DNA of 64,000 nt, from positions 5,333-69,332 of the forward strand of contig CAYVKP010000004.1 of the NCBI GenBank assembly GCA_964452165.1. The letters are read 5' to 3'. The notes beneath the pieces were generated by a model. That model had not been told where the DNA came from, did no database searches, and saw only the letters and a program-made list of their open reading frames with translations. The translations under genes and the position numbers were made by a program. This DNA comes from an uncultured Gammaproteobacteria bacterium (GTDB lineage: Bacteria; Patescibacteriota; Microgenomatia; Levybacterales; GWA1-39-11). Position 1 is the stretch's first letter. Each line of letters begins with the position of its first letter. Below, one piece after another: positions 27,984 to 38,074 of the stretch.

Positions 27984-28730
27984 TTATGGTGTTGGTGTTG
28001 GAGTTGACGTTGGTTTTGGACCAAAATCTTTAATCTCTTTTACTTCTGTAATTGTGTTCGCAACACGATCCCACAAACCTCTAATACGAACTCTATCTCC
28101 GGTCTTAAGGTCTGCAAACGCAATCGTCCCTCCGCTTATGTTTATAAATTTAGTCGAGGAGCTAACGGTTACGGTTTGATTACCCCTTCCAATTGTTGAC
28201 ATAACAAATGTGTTTGAGCCAAGAGAGGTAACCTGACCAAAGAAAACTCCGTTTCTTTTTTGAATAGAAACATCTCGGACCAACTTTGCATTAATTGCAG
28301 TTTTGTTATCGTCTGTCCAGGTCCCCCAAACATTAACCTTATCGTTAACAGTTATTTCTGATAAAGATGAGCCTCCCCAGAAACGTCTACGGAACTTTGT
28401 GTTGGAATCAGTGTTAACAGTATAGGTCTTACCGTCTTTTGAAATTGTAAAAGACGAACCGTTAACAGCAGTCACCTGACCGCCAGTAATGTTCGCAACA
28501 TTTTTAAAGAGGGGGATCAGGTTCTTAATGTCTTGTTTAAGATCGTGTCTGTCATCTTTTATGTCTTTTCTAACCGCTTGACGGATTCCCTTAAAACCTC
28601 CATGGAGATTTCCCGGCGTAACAGTCACTGATGGAGTCGCTGTAGGACTCTCATCTGCGTAAGCTGCCGCAGGACTTAAGAATGACAAAATCAAAATTGA
28701 AAGTAAAACACTTTTCTTAATTTTATTCAT
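27984..28730 (-). CDS. Secreted protein with C-terminal PTSTPTPTP tail
   Basis: Signal peptide MNKIKKSVLLSILILSFLSPAAAYA; last gene of the ECF sigma operon. Confidence 0.5.
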   Translation of the reverse strand: MNKIKKSVLLSILILSFLSPAAAYADESPTATPSVTVTPGNLHGGFKGIRQAVRKDIKDDRHDLKQDIKNLIPLFKNVANITGGQVTAVNGSSFTISKDGKTYTVNTDSNTKFRRRFWGGSSLSEITVNDKVNVWGTWTDDNKTAINAKLVRDVSIQKRNGVFFGQVTSLGSNTFVMSTIGRGNQTVTVSSSTKFINISGGTIAFADLKTGDRVRIRGLWDRVANTITEVKEIKDFGPKPTSTPTPTP

Positions 28731-28752
28731 TAAAAATCACCCCCATTCTTAT

Positions 28753-29202
28753 TTATTGTGACGGCTGATACGTCACGACTATATCTTTTTCTGCTGAGTT
28801 ACCACTTTTATCGTTTGCGAGAATTAGAATTTCATTTTCCCCTTCGTCAAGTGAGACTTGAAAATAAAAGTTGCCCTGATTGTCCGCTCTACCTATCTGA
28901 TCATTTGCAAAAACTTCTGCCCCGGCGGTAGTTTTACCCGAAACAGAAACTGTGGGACTCGCGACCGTAGAATTACTGGCGGGAGATGATACTGTGAGAG
29001 GAATTTGAGACGCGGCAGTCTCAGCCGCAACATTCTCAATGGATCCGGGCCGTGAGTCATTAGTCGTATTCGCAGATAGTGTAGGTGCTTGACCATTATT
29101 TAATAAAGACGAACTTGAGATATGATTCTTTCCTTTTATCAAAACGTAGCCAAAGCCTAAAGCGGCAACGATTACTATTATAAACAGGAGCTCTTTTTTC
29201 AT
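28753..29202 (-). CDS. Secreted/anchored hypothetical protein (149 aa)
   Basis: N-terminal TM or signal; Ser/Thr-rich linker; beta-rich C-terminal domain. Confidence 0.45.
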   Translation of the reverse strand: MKKELLFIIVIVAALGFGYVLIKGKNHISSSSLLNNGQAPTLSANTTNDSRPGSIENVAAETAASQIPLTVSSPASNSTVASPTVSVSGKTTAGAEVFANDQIGRADNQGNFYFQVSLDEGENEILILANDKSGNSAEKDIVVTYQPSQ

Positions 29203-29295
29203 GCCTATATTAATATATACGGGCCATCTACCTAAATTGTTTCATTTCGCTTCGCTCAGTACCACGTTCTTTGAATGTGGCACGCTAAGATTAGA

Positions 29296-29679
29296 CTACT
29301 TTTTCTTAAGTGCACGAAGTCTATTTTTAATTTTCCCAAAGTTGCGGAGAACCAAAATCAAAACTGTTGCGAAAATTAAGATCAAAATTAAAAGCTCAAA
29401 CCCCAAGAATTTAGGGAATTCGGTCGTGAAAGTGTCGAAGACTTCTCCAAGATACTGATTTATTATCGAGCGGTCCTCCCCAAAAATCTGGAGAAGGTCC
29501 AGGGTTCCCTGACGATACAACATTTCATAGATTCTGACGACAGCGTAAACAATGAGTGCTCCAACTCCGCCAACAAGAATTATATATCTTAAAACGGTTA
29601 AGCTTGTTCGCTCCTTTTCGAACTTGTAAACTCTTTTTAAAATCTTCTGTTCCAAATTTTTATTTTCCTTTTTATTCAT
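29296..29679 (-). CDS. Putative membrane-bound anti-sigma factor
   Basis: Directly downstream of the ECF sigma factor, small (127 aa), single TM helix; the call is positional inference. Confidence 0.4.
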   Translation of the reverse strand: MNKKENKNLEQKILKRVYKFEKERTSLTVLRYIILVGGVGALIVYAVVRIYEMLYRQGTLDLLQIFGEDRSIINQYLGEVFDTFTTEFPKFLGFELLILILIFATVLILVLRNFGKIKNRLRALKKK

Positions 29680-29685
29680 AATTCA

Positions 29686-30195
29686 TCATTCTTTATTCAT
29701 AATTCGATTCTTTACTTGATCTTTGGCTCGCCTTATTAAGGTCTTTACCGTATTTATGGGTTTTTTGATTTCTCTTGAAATATCGTCATAAGAAAACCCG
29801 TCTTCAAAATATAATTTTAACACGCGGGCATAATCCGGTTTCAAGCCAAGCAGCAAAAACTTAAAATCCAGAGAGCTATCTTTTTCTTCTGCAACAATCT
29901 CGTCTGTTAGTTCTAAGTGTTTTTTATTCTTGCGATAAAATTCTATAATCTCATTTTTGATAATTGTGAAGAAGTATGGATAAAATTTTTTCTTGGAGTC
30001 AAAACGGTCAAGAGCTTTATACACTTTGATGAATGCATTCTGGACAATATCCTCAGCGTCCTGGCGGTTTTGATTGACACGAACTAAAACATAGTAATAG
30101 ACGACCTTTGAATATTTGTCGACAAAGTGTTCGAAGTAGTTAATTTCACCGTTCTGAATTTTCCGAATAATTTGCTCTTCGGACAAATCTTCCAT
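29686..30195 (-). CDS. ECF-type RNA polymerase sigma-70 factor
   Basis: Region 2 (EDIVQNAFIKVYKALDRFDSKKKFYPYFFTIIKNEIIEFYRKNKK) and region 4 HTH (FSYDDISREIKKPINTVKTLIRRAKDQVKN). Confidence 0.8.
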   Translation of the reverse strand: MEDLSEEQIIRKIQNGEINYFEHFVDKYSKVVYYYVLVRVNQNRQDAEDIVQNAFIKVYKALDRFDSKKKFYPYFFTIIKNEIIEFYRKNKKHLELTDEIVAEEKDSSLDFKFLLLGLKPDYARVLKLYFEDGFSYDDISREIKKPINTVKTLIRRAKDQVKNRIMNKE

Positions 30196-30230
30196 GAGAA
30201 TTATTATAGACTAATAGATCAAATCTAAGC

Positions 30231-31112
30231 CTATTCGAGGTTAAGTTCTTTTAGAAACTGCTTAAATTCGCCATTCATGTCAGGATGGCGAAGGGCAAAT
30301 TCCACAACCGTCTTAATATACTCAAGTTTATTTCCGGTATCATAATATTTTGCATCTTTAATTTCGACGGCATATACCGGGACTCCCTGCTCACGCAATA
30401 AGTTTATTCCATCAGTTATCCATATCTCTCCGCCCCTACCAGGCTTCAAGCTTTTAAAGGCGGCAAAAGCTTCCGGTGGCAAAATATACGCCCCGTGAGT
30501 TGCCAGATTGCTTGGGGCATTTTCAGGCTCCGGCTTCTCAGTGATTGATTTTATTTTAAATACATTTCCATCAACTGGCTCGATATCCGCAATTCCGTAG
30601 CGCTTTAAATCCTCTTTTTTATCAATCCTAATCCCCGAAATTACAATTCCTCCATATTTTTCATGAACGTCTATCATTTGCTTGAGCCTTGGCGGGTCGG
30701 AATAAATAAATTCATCTCCCCAAATGACAGCAAAGGGTTCATCTTCAATGGCTGGCTCTGCGGCGAGAACTGGTGTTCCGTTTCCGTATGCCCCCTTTTG
30801 CCTTATATATATGAAGTTAGCCATCTTGGCCAGCTTTTCTATCTGATCCAAAAGCTCTTCCTTACCTCCGGCCTTGAGATTTTGAACTAAATCCTCGTTT
30901 GGAGTATCAAAGTGGTCTTCGATTGCACGTTTGTTGGCTCCGGTCACAACAATTATATCCTCTATCCCCGAGCTCACAACCTCCTCAACAACGTACTGAA
31001 TAACGGGTTTGTCTACTATCGGCAACATTTCTTTAGGCATTGCCTTTGTTTGGGGGAGAAAGCGGGTTCCAAAACCGGCGGCGGGGATTACAGCTTTACG
31101 AATTTTACTCAT
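30231..31112 (-). CDS. galU: UTP--glucose-1-phosphate uridylyltransferase
   Basis: KAVIPAAGFGTRFLPQTKAMPKEMLPIVDKPVIQYVVEE is near-identical in pattern to GalU N-termini. Confidence 0.85.
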   Translation of the reverse strand: MSKIRKAVIPAAGFGTRFLPQTKAMPKEMLPIVDKPVIQYVVEEVVSSGIEDIIVVTGANKRAIEDHFDTPNEDLVQNLKAGGKEELLDQIEKLAKMANFIYIRQKGAYGNGTPVLAAEPAIEDEPFAVIWGDEFIYSDPPRLKQMIDVHEKYGGIVISGIRIDKKEDLKRYGIADIEPVDGNVFKIKSITEKPEPENAPSNLATHGAYILPPEAFAAFKSLKPGRGGEIWITDGINLLREQGVPVYAVEIKDAKYYDTGNKLEYIKTVVEFALRHPDMNGEFKQFLKELNLE

Positions 31113-31226
31113 GCTCCATCATTTTAGAATCTATCGAACAAAAAGTCAAAAACAGTTTTTATTTGGGCGTCCTCACCCATAATAATGCAAACAAATCCAA
31201 AGCACTTTACATAGCCTCAGGAATTG

Positions 31227-31235
31227 TGGTAAAAT
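31227..31235 (+). promoter_or_regulatory. Extended -10 box TGgTAAAAT 9 nt upstream of the secE ATG
   Basis: gaatTGTGGTAAAATgtgatctctATG read directly. Confidence 0.35.
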
Positions 31236-31244
31236 GTGATCTCT

Positions 31245-31418
31245 ATGTTCAGGTTTCTTGGGGAAGTAAGGTCAGAACTTGAGAAAGTAAGTTTTCCAAC
31301 AACAAGCGAGGCGGGAAGATTAACAGCTGTGGTAATAATAATAAGTCTAGTAGTTGGAATCTATCTTGGAGGAGCTGACTTTTTGTTCACCAAACTTCTG
31401 GGACTCCTGATAAGCTAA
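31245..31418 (+). CDS. secE: Preprotein translocase subunit SecE
   Basis: 57-aa single-TM protein (MFRFLGEVRSELEKVSFPT...TAVVIIISLVVGIYLG) immediately upstream of nusG; ATG at 31245 preferred over the track GTG at 31236. Confidence 0.7.
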   Translation: MFRFLGEVRSELEKVSFPTTSEAGRLTAVVIIISLVVGIYLGGADFLFTKLLGLLIS

Positions 31419-31425
31419 TTAAATT

Positions 31426-31965
31426 ATGGATAATTCAGAAAATCGCGCACGTTGGTTTATTGTTCACACATATTCCGGCCACGAAAATAAGGTTGCTAAG
31501 ACTCTCATGCAGAGAGTTGATGCTATGGGATTTAAAGAAAGAATCCTGGACGTTTTAGTGCCTACAAAAGAAATTGTCAAAGTCCGCTCCGGTAAAAAAG
31601 AGACTGTTAAAGAGAAAATATTCGCTGGTTACATTTTTGTAAAAATGATTCTTGATGATGAAGCATGGCTCTTGGTACGCACAACTCCGGGAGTAACTTC
31701 TTTTGTCGGAACAATGAACAAGCCTACCCCGGTCCGCGACGAAGAGGTCGATGCAATCTTGAAGTTTGTGGAGATGAAAGCACCCGTTTTCAAATCAGCA
31801 TTTTCAGCAGGTGAAGCTGTTAAAATTAATGATGGTCCGTTCTCAGATTTTCTTGGTAGCATTGAATCAATTGATGAAGAGAAAGGAAAGGTCAAAGTTC
31901 TAGTCTCGATTTTCGGCCGTGAAACACCGGTAGAACTTGACTTCTTGCAGGTCTCAAAGATCTAA
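31426..31965 (+). CDS. nusG: Transcription termination/antitermination factor NusG
   Basis: RWFIVHTYSGHENKV NGN domain and C-terminal KOW (GEAVKINDGPFSDFLGSIESID); secE-nusG-rplK-rplA synteny. Confidence 0.85.
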   Translation: MDNSENRARWFIVHTYSGHENKVAKTLMQRVDAMGFKERILDVLVPTKEIVKVRSGKKETVKEKIFAGYIFVKMILDDEAWLLVRTTPGVTSFVGTMNKPTPVRDEEVDAILKFVEMKAPVFKSAFSAGEAVKINDGPFSDFLGSIESIDEEKGKVKVLVSIFGRETPVELDFLQVSKI

Positions 31966-32164
31966 GCAGCTTTTATGAACAGGTTTGCTGCTGCCCGTGG
32001 GGGGCCATTTGCAAGAAATCGGGAGAGACAGTTCTTCACTTTGCAACAAGAAGGACAGAGAAGGAAGTTTGTAAGACAGGTTCGGGGAGAAGAGAGAATA
32101 GAAGGAAATCAAAATTTCATAGCAACTGACAGGGAAGGAAACAGAGAGTTAGTAACGCATCATT

Positions 32165-32587
32165 ATGGCAAAGAAAGTTAAAATTATAATAAAACTAAAC
32201 GTTAAAGGCGGAGAAGCAACTCCTGCTCCTCCTGTTGGAACAGCCTTGGGACCGCATGGGCTTCCAATCATGGATTTTGTAAAAGCCTTCAATGACAAAA
32301 CCGCGGATCAGAAAGGTACGGTTTTGCCTGTTGTGATAACAGTATATGAAGATAGAACCTTCTCCTTCATTGTTAAAAAACCGCCAATTGCAGAACTTAT
32401 CAAAAAAGAACTTAAAATTCAAAAGGGAGCAGGAAAGCCTGGACGAGAAGTTGCAGGAAAGATTACAAATGAACAGGCAAAAAGAGTTGCCGAGATTAAA
32501 TTAGAAGATTTGAATACAAAAAACGTTGACCAGGCAGCGAAAATAGTAAAGGGCGTAGCCCGCTCAATGGGAATTCAAACAGAATAA
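32165..32587 (+). CDS. rplK: 50S ribosomal protein L11
   Basis: MAKKVKIIIKLNVKGGEATPAPPVGTALGPHG.... Confidence 0.9.
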   Translation: MAKKVKIIIKLNVKGGEATPAPPVGTALGPHGLPIMDFVKAFNDKTADQKGTVLPVVITVYEDRTFSFIVKKPPIAELIKKELKIQKGAGKPGREVAGKITNEQAKRVAEIKLEDLNTKNVDQAAKIVKGVARSMGIQTE

Positions 32588-32609
32588 TATGCATATATCT
32601 TTAATCAAA

Positions 32610-32690
32610 GGAAGGAGAGCAGGCGCGGTCCGATGAAATCGCGATGAGGCTTTGCCTCAAGCGCCGTTGAGAGGAAACATAGTTGCCTCT
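32610..32690 (+). promoter_or_regulatory. GC-rich structured intergenic element between rplK and rplA (candidate L1-binding autoregulatory leader)
   Basis: gcaggcgcggtccgatgaaatcgcgatgaggctttgcctcaagcgccgttgagaggaaacatagttgcctctc is locally >55% GC in an AT-rich genome, with several complementary segments. Confidence 0.3.
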
Positions 32691-32704
32691 CAAAGACAAA
32701 GTTT

Positions 32705-33550
32705 ATGGGAAAAGTTAAAGTAAAAGTCATTGGAGACGAACAGGCTGAGCTTGATGCTCTCGCAGAACAAAAGAAAAAGCGCGAGGAAAAGGCTGCCAAA
32801 AAAGCTAATGTTAAAGGTGTAAATCTTGGTGGTGGAGAAAGAATCAACACGGTCGGAGTCTCAGAGGAAGAAATCGCAAAAGAGCTGGAAACTTCTTCAG
32901 AAAAAACAAGCGAAGCACAGTCCGCTTCTGGCGGAAAAGAAAAAAAGGCAAGGAGAAAAGTAGAAGTGAGGGTTCGCTCAAAGAGACACACGTCAAATTC
33001 TTCAATGGTGAGTGCGCAGCCCTACAAAGTAAATGAAGGAATTGTGGTTTTGAAAAAGTTTAAGAAAAGTAATTTTGATGAAACAGTGGAGCTACACATC
33101 AACGTCAAAGAAAAGGGAGTTTCAGGTACCGTCACTCTACCCCATGGAACCGGTAAAAAACTTAGAATTAAAATTGCCGACGATGCGTTAATTGCTGAGG
33201 TTGAAAAGGGAAAGATTGATTTTGACATTCTAGTTGCAGAGCCTTCCATGATGCCCAAACTTGCTAAGGTTGCAAGGGTCTTAGGTCCACGAGGTCTTAT
33301 GCCAAATCCAAAAGCAGGAACAATTACCGACAAGCCACAAGTAGCCGTTGAAAAGCTTTCGGCAGGACAAACATCTTACAAAACTGAGTCCGGCGCAGCA
33401 GTAATTCATGCATCGGTTGGAAAACTCTCCTTTGAAGATAAAATGCTTTCGGAAAATATAAACGCACTACTCACGTCAATTGGAGAAACAAAAATCGATA
33501 AAGTTGTTCTCAAGTCCAGTATGTCTCCCGCTGTCCAAATCCAGCTTTAA
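32705..33550 (+). CDS. rplA: 50S ribosomal protein L1 (with about 95-aa Lys/Glu-rich N-terminal extension, or alternative start at 33005)
   Basis: Core from about aa 101 (MVSAQPYKVNEGIVVLKK...LPHGTGKK...GPRGLMPNPKAGTIT) aligns to L1; the preceding 100 aa are low-complexity K/E-rich. Confidence 0.85.
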   Translation: MGKVKVKVIGDEQAELDALAEQKKKREEKAAKKANVKGVNLGGGERINTVGVSEEEIAKELETSSEKTSEAQSASGGKEKKARRKVEVRVRSKRHTSNSSMVSAQPYKVNEGIVVLKKFKKSNFDETVELHINVKEKGVSGTVTLPHGTGKKLRIKIADDALIAEVEKGKIDFDILVAEPSMMPKLAKVARVLGPRGLMPNPKAGTITDKPQVAVEKLSAGQTSYKTESGAAVIHASVGKLSFEDKMLSENINALLTSIGETKIDKVVLKSSMSPAVQIQL

Positions 33551-33615
33551 TCTTCTCGACTTTAGTTCAAGCACCCAGCTCTGCAAGAAAAACTAAAATA
33601 GTCTAAAATATTTTT

Positions 33616-34716
33616 ATGGCCGAACTTACTGCTGAAGGAATTACCGTTGCCAAACCTAACCAGGTAATTGAAGTGACTCCATCTCAATGGCTTGATTTTG
33701 CACTCAAAAAACAAGAGGTTCAAGATAGATACCTGATGGCAGACATCGGAGTCAAAACTCTTAGTGGAGAAAAACTCCTGGAACCGGATGGACGCTATCA
33801 TTTGGACGGTGACAAGCTCGGAATATTTGCGCCTGAAAAGGAAGCGAGAGAACGAATGGGCGTATTTTTTGAAGATTTGGTAAACGCAGGGCTTAATTTA
33901 TCAGAAAGAATTCACTCTGATAATTATCTACTAGAACCGCACCCAAGATATGGTACCAATCCGATTGGAGAAGTCCTAATAGCAAAAGCCGGGAGCGATA
34001 TCGATAAAAAGACAGGACAGTTTTTACTTGACGGGCAACGTGCTCCAGCTCCTGATGCATATGCCAGGAAAGTGGCGGATTTAGCAAGGCTTGAGAAATA
34101 TATGGGGTTGTCTGAAGTCGTTTTTGGACTGACAAAACTGACGGATATTCCGGACGATACTCCTACCAGCATGAGACAGTTTCGCACCATGAGACACAAT
34201 TATGAACTTGTCCGCGGGCCATCAAATCCCAGGGTCGGAAAGAGTTTTGATGTGGTACGGGGCGGTCGTGATCCGGATCTGAGGTTTAGTTTCCTACCTA
34301 ATTATTACTCCGCGTACGAAGGCTATTCTCATCTTAACGGTGCAGATCCCCAAGAAGCGGAAGAAATTCTACATCAAATGACAAGAAAAAGAGATGGAGC
34401 GGCAGATGTTAGAACAATAGTTGATAACGCAAAAAAGACAGCAGCCAAACCTTCCATGAGGGTGAGCGCCATTCGAGATGGGAAAGTTACCGGCTCAATC
34501 GGAGGAGACTTTATTGTAAATCCTGACGGTACTTTTGGATTTAACCTGAAGGCTGACGGCTTTCCGGAGCATTCAGAGTTTATAATGCGTGGGAAAAGGC
34601 AGCCGGGAAGAATGCAGGCAAAGCGTACAGAAAGTCCTTTTGCTCCGGTCAGTAGACTCATTGATGATTTTTCCAAAATGAGCATTAAGCCCTCTTATCA
34701 GTTTGTGAGGCGCTAA
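33616..34716 (+). CDS. Hypothetical protein (366 aa), locally GC-elevated orphan
   Basis: Long ORF, about 48-50% GC versus about 38% for its neighbours; no motif recognised. Confidence 0.45.
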   Translation: MAELTAEGITVAKPNQVIEVTPSQWLDFALKKQEVQDRYLMADIGVKTLSGEKLLEPDGRYHLDGDKLGIFAPEKEARERMGVFFEDLVNAGLNLSERIHSDNYLLEPHPRYGTNPIGEVLIAKAGSDIDKKTGQFLLDGQRAPAPDAYARKVADLARLEKYMGLSEVVFGLTKLTDIPDDTPTSMRQFRTMRHNYELVRGPSNPRVGKSFDVVRGGRDPDLRFSFLPNYYSAYEGYSHLNGADPQEAEEILHQMTRKRDGAADVRTIVDNAKKTAAKPSMRVSAIRDGKVTGSIGGDFIVNPDGTFGFNLKADGFPEHSEFIMRGKRQPGRMQAKRTESPFAPVSRLIDDFSKMSIKPSYQFVRR

Positions 34717-35606
34717 ACTCCTTTTCTGTAGTCCGCTTTCGAAAGCCTGATCTTTTCTTGGTCCTCTTCAAAGAAATGGGCTTTAATGAAGGCCATGGTG
34801 TCGTGGGGGTCTTGAGTATTAATAAAAATTCCCGTCGCCATTTCAAAACCTCCGGGGATTTTGGCACGCGGCATAATTCTTAAATACCAATCGCGCCTTG
34901 GATAAATATAAAAATTGTACGGAAAATCATGGCCATGGCGTGCCTCGAATATAAAAACGAGACGGCGCAAAACGTATGCCAGATTTTCCATCTCCTCGTA
35001 CGTCACTTCGCCAAATAATTTACCTCTTTCTTCGGGAACTATCCAAACCTCATCAGGCCATTGTGAATAAGGCGGGCAGACTATCTGAAAATCCTTGACC
35101 TTCAAGTACTCTCCTTTGTAATCTAAAAACTCCTCGAGCGACGGGACAACGATAGGCACCTCGGGAGGCACAACCGCAAGCTGGGAATGAGAATGATTAA
35201 TGCTCTCCCCCGCATCATGTCCGGAATTACTGAATATGCAAACCGTTCCCTGCTTAATATGAGCGTTAAAACGGTTAACAAAAGCCTCGATTACAAGCTT
35301 TACCTGCTCCAAAGACAACTCTGAAATACTGTGCGCATGTTGGGGTGTGTGGACAATTACTTCATGGATCGGCGCGAAGGGATATTTATTTTTCATGACG
35401 CGAACCGACCACTTGTCATCACCAGGCTCTCCCCCAATCCTAAAAACATCGGGGTCGTGTTTTTCATTTCCCGGACAGAAGGGGCAAAAATGCTCCTCTT
35501 TTTTAGCGTGAATATCCGGCCTCTTGGCTCGTCTTGGCGCCAAAATTATCCAATTCTCAAGCGATGGAATATGCGCAAACTTAAAGTCTGTCTTATTATC
35601 GGGCAT
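34713..35606 (-). CDS. galT: Galactose-1-phosphate uridylyltransferase (HIT-family, GalT)
   Basis: Zinc/active-site motifs HFCPFCPGNE and HSHSQL (HxHxQ). Confidence 0.8.
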   Translation of the reverse strand: MPDNKTDFKFAHIPSLENWIILAPRRAKRPDIHAKKEEHFCPFCPGNEKHDPDVFRIGGEPGDDKWSVRVMKNKYPFAPIHEVIVHTPQHAHSISELSLEQVKLVIEAFVNRFNAHIKQGTVCIFSNSGHDAGESINHSHSQLAVVPPEVPIVVPSLEEFLDYKGEYLKVKDFQIVCPPYSQWPDEVWIVPEERGKLFGEVTYEEMENLAYVLRRLVFIFEARHGHDFPYNFYIYPRRDWYLRIMPRAKIPGGFEMATGIFINTQDPHDTMAFIKAHFFEEDQEKIRLSKADYRKGV

Positions 35607-35638
35607 TAACTATATTAAGAGGAATTCTCAGCCGAAAA

Positions 35639-37399
35639 TCAAGGAGAGGGAGGTTTTTGTCTGAGATCCGGATTTAATACGGGCACTTTTACGTTATCGT
35701 TTGTGTGAACAAGCTCAAGCTGAGAATCTGTGTTGGGGTATCGTCTGGGATTATTTATCTTTTCAAGTCCATCATAAATCATTTCCGGCGTTAGAGGACT
35801 AAGATGCTGTTTATTTTGAGGAGATGTCGCATCGTCAATAAAATTTTTAAATTCCTTGTCTCTACTTGAGATCAACTGTCTGTTCTCGGGGATTAAAACC
35901 ATACATGCAATACCTTCGTAAATCTTAGGCACATCGAGTTTCCCCTCTGGTGTTAAATAAAAACCTAACCCATTCACTTCGATTAGCGCACGAGATAGAC
36001 TCTCGTTTTCCTTGATAGTGTAATCCCTTGTCTCGTCACACTTGAGTCTTGGATCCATCTCAGGAGCTTTCGGCGTGGGTGTTGGACTCTCTTCGGAAAA
36101 TACCGGAACATTTTCATATATTGCCGGAGGCGACATGGGAGGAACACTGGCCACATCAATACCTCCGCCAAAAACTGCTGGTCCTGTTGCTGCTAGCGTT
36201 ATAAGCGGACCCAGGCCAATTCCTTTTTTGGCTACCTTTTCCACAATAATATTATTACTGTTAATTCCTTGCGTTATGTATTTATGAAGCCTCAGGGTTG
36301 CTGCATCAGAACCATTGCGAAGAAATATATCTAAAGGGTTTGCATCAAGACCAGCAGGCGTCACTTCTTGTACCCGATCTCTTTGAGTTATTGTAAGCTT
36401 AGTCTCATCCCCCTCAATAATTACAGCATCTTTAAACTTTGGATCATTTAATAAGTCTTCAGATTTGCCGTGTAAAATTGATGTCAGATCTTCTATTCCG
36501 CCGGGGTTTTTTGGATCAAGGCTTAAAATGCGTAAATTTTTATAACTTTGTGCTAATTCACTTGGGTTATGATCCAATGGCAAAACTACTGCCATATGTC
36601 TGCCGCGGTCGCCATGATTTAATACATCTTGCGAATGATCACCATCATACACCTTAACTCCATGTACTTGATCCGGAATTTTTCTATTCGCATCCGCACT
36701 CATTTCGGATACCATACCCCCTTCAACCGGCGTTTTATCCCATTTTTGCTGATCGGTTGAGCTTGGGCTCGAAGTTTTTAAAGTAGCTGGCTCTACATTT
36801 GTTTTATGCATAACAATTCTGTTGAGTGCGGGGTCGAAATCTAAAATATCAACTCCAACAACGTGATCTAGATTTACAGTGAATTTTTCGGATCTGAGTT
36901 GATCTCGTGTCAAGCGAGTACCTGGAGCATCTATAGGATCTGTTGCTCTCTTTACCACAAGCGTGTCTCCGTCTTGTCTCATCACAACCGTACTTTCGAG
37001 TTGGCCAGGAGGTAACTCGGGAATATTTCTGGAGTCGTCTAGATTAACAACACGATCCGGATCTTTATTCGGGTCAAGTCCCGTATGTTCCATAGCCAGG
37101 GCAAATGACATACCTTGCTCGCCGGCCTTAAGTTGAAACGGCACTGCACGATCTTCTCCGTTTTCTCCCTCATTAAAGGTCTCCATCTTGTGCGCATCGC
37201 CTTGATAAACTTTGACCCCATGAATCTCCGAGGGTTTTTGACCATATTTTTCGGAGATTGGATTTGGAAACTCCTGAATGAGAGGTTTGGGTTCAGGCGG
37301 CGGGACCATTTTTTCCGGAACACGAGGGGCAACCTGAGGTAATTCAGAAGGTTCAATTGCCATACATATACTGTATGAGAAATTGCTTCTCGTTGTCAA
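35639..37399 (-). CDS. Hypothetical protein (586 aa) with two internal HGVKVY-GD repeats
   Basis: IHGVKVYQGDAHKMETFNEGENGEDR... and VHGVKVYDGDHSQDVLNHGDRGRH... repeat units; Pro-rich N-terminus. Confidence 0.45.
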   Translation of the reverse strand: MTTRSNFSYSICMAIEPSELPQVAPRVPEKMVPPPEPKPLIQEFPNPISEKYGQKPSEIHGVKVYQGDAHKMETFNEGENGEDRAVPFQLKAGEQGMSFALAMEHTGLDPNKDPDRVVNLDDSRNIPELPPGQLESTVVMRQDGDTLVVKRATDPIDAPGTRLTRDQLRSEKFTVNLDHVVGVDILDFDPALNRIVMHKTNVEPATLKTSSPSSTDQQKWDKTPVEGGMVSEMSADANRKIPDQVHGVKVYDGDHSQDVLNHGDRGRHMAVVLPLDHNPSELAQSYKNLRILSLDPKNPGGIEDLTSILHGKSEDLLNDPKFKDAVIIEGDETKLTITQRDRVQEVTPAGLDANPLDIFLRNGSDAATLRLHKYITQGINSNNIIVEKVAKKGIGLGPLITLAATGPAVFGGGIDVASVPPMSPPAIYENVPVFSEESPTPTPKAPEMDPRLKCDETRDYTIKENESLSRALIEVNGLGFYLTPEGKLDVPKIYEGIACMVLIPENRQLISSRDKEFKNFIDDATSPQNKQHLSPLTPEMIYDGLEKINNPRRYPNTDSQLELVHTNDNVKVPVLNPDLRQKPPSP

Positions 37400-37405
37400 G
37401 CCAAA

Positions 37406-38050
37406 CTAATTTGCCGACTCTGTGACGAGGCGGGCACGAGTTTTAAAATTCCTTACCGACTCAAAAAGCACAAGAACAAAAAGAACAGCTTGAATACCAA
37501 TTAGATATATATGGCTATGATTCTTTATAAACAGATTCGGATTGATGAGTATTAGACAGAAAAATATAAAGCTTATAAATGCTGCAGCCGGCATTAAAAA
37601 TTTCATTTCAAAAATCTGCCGGCCTAAAATGTGATTAAATAATTTTCGTTTCTCGGGTGTCTTAAATCGATCCTTCCTAACTAAGATCATTTTATAATCT
37701 ACGTAATAAGAAACCACTACAACCATGAAGAAAACTGTGACGAGCCCAAACCAAATAAGCGGATTCGTAAGATGGGAAAAAGCCATAACTTCAATAAATG
37801 AAGCGAGAAAATAAAGAAAGCTATGCGCAAGGTCTATTGGCCAATCAATGAAGGAAATTGCGTGAATTATTGCGACAGCCCAAAAACTTAAAATAATGAT
37901 GAACGAACAAATAATATACGGGTAATATTCAAATCTTAAGGACGCAACAGGATCCGATGCTGCTGTTGCTAAGGCCGCCAAAGCTACTCCCTGAACAACG
38001 CTGATGAGCAGAAACTCTAAGCTGAGACTAAATTCATTAAGCTTTTCCAT
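37406..38050 (-). CDS. Polytopic membrane protein (214 aa)
   Basis: About 6 TM helices. Confidence 0.45.
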   Translation of the reverse strand: MEKLNEFSLSLEFLLISVVQGVALAALATAASDPVASLRFEYYPYIICSFIIILSFWAVAIIHAISFIDWPIDLAHSFLYFLASFIEVMAFSHLTNPLIWFGLVTVFFMVVVVSYYVDYKMILVRKDRFKTPEKRKLFNHILGRQIFEMKFLMPAAAFISFIFFCLILINPNLFIKNHSHIYLIGIQAVLFVLVLFESVRNFKTRARLVTESAN

Positions 38051-38074
38051 TTCTTTGGAATTTTACCACAAGCA

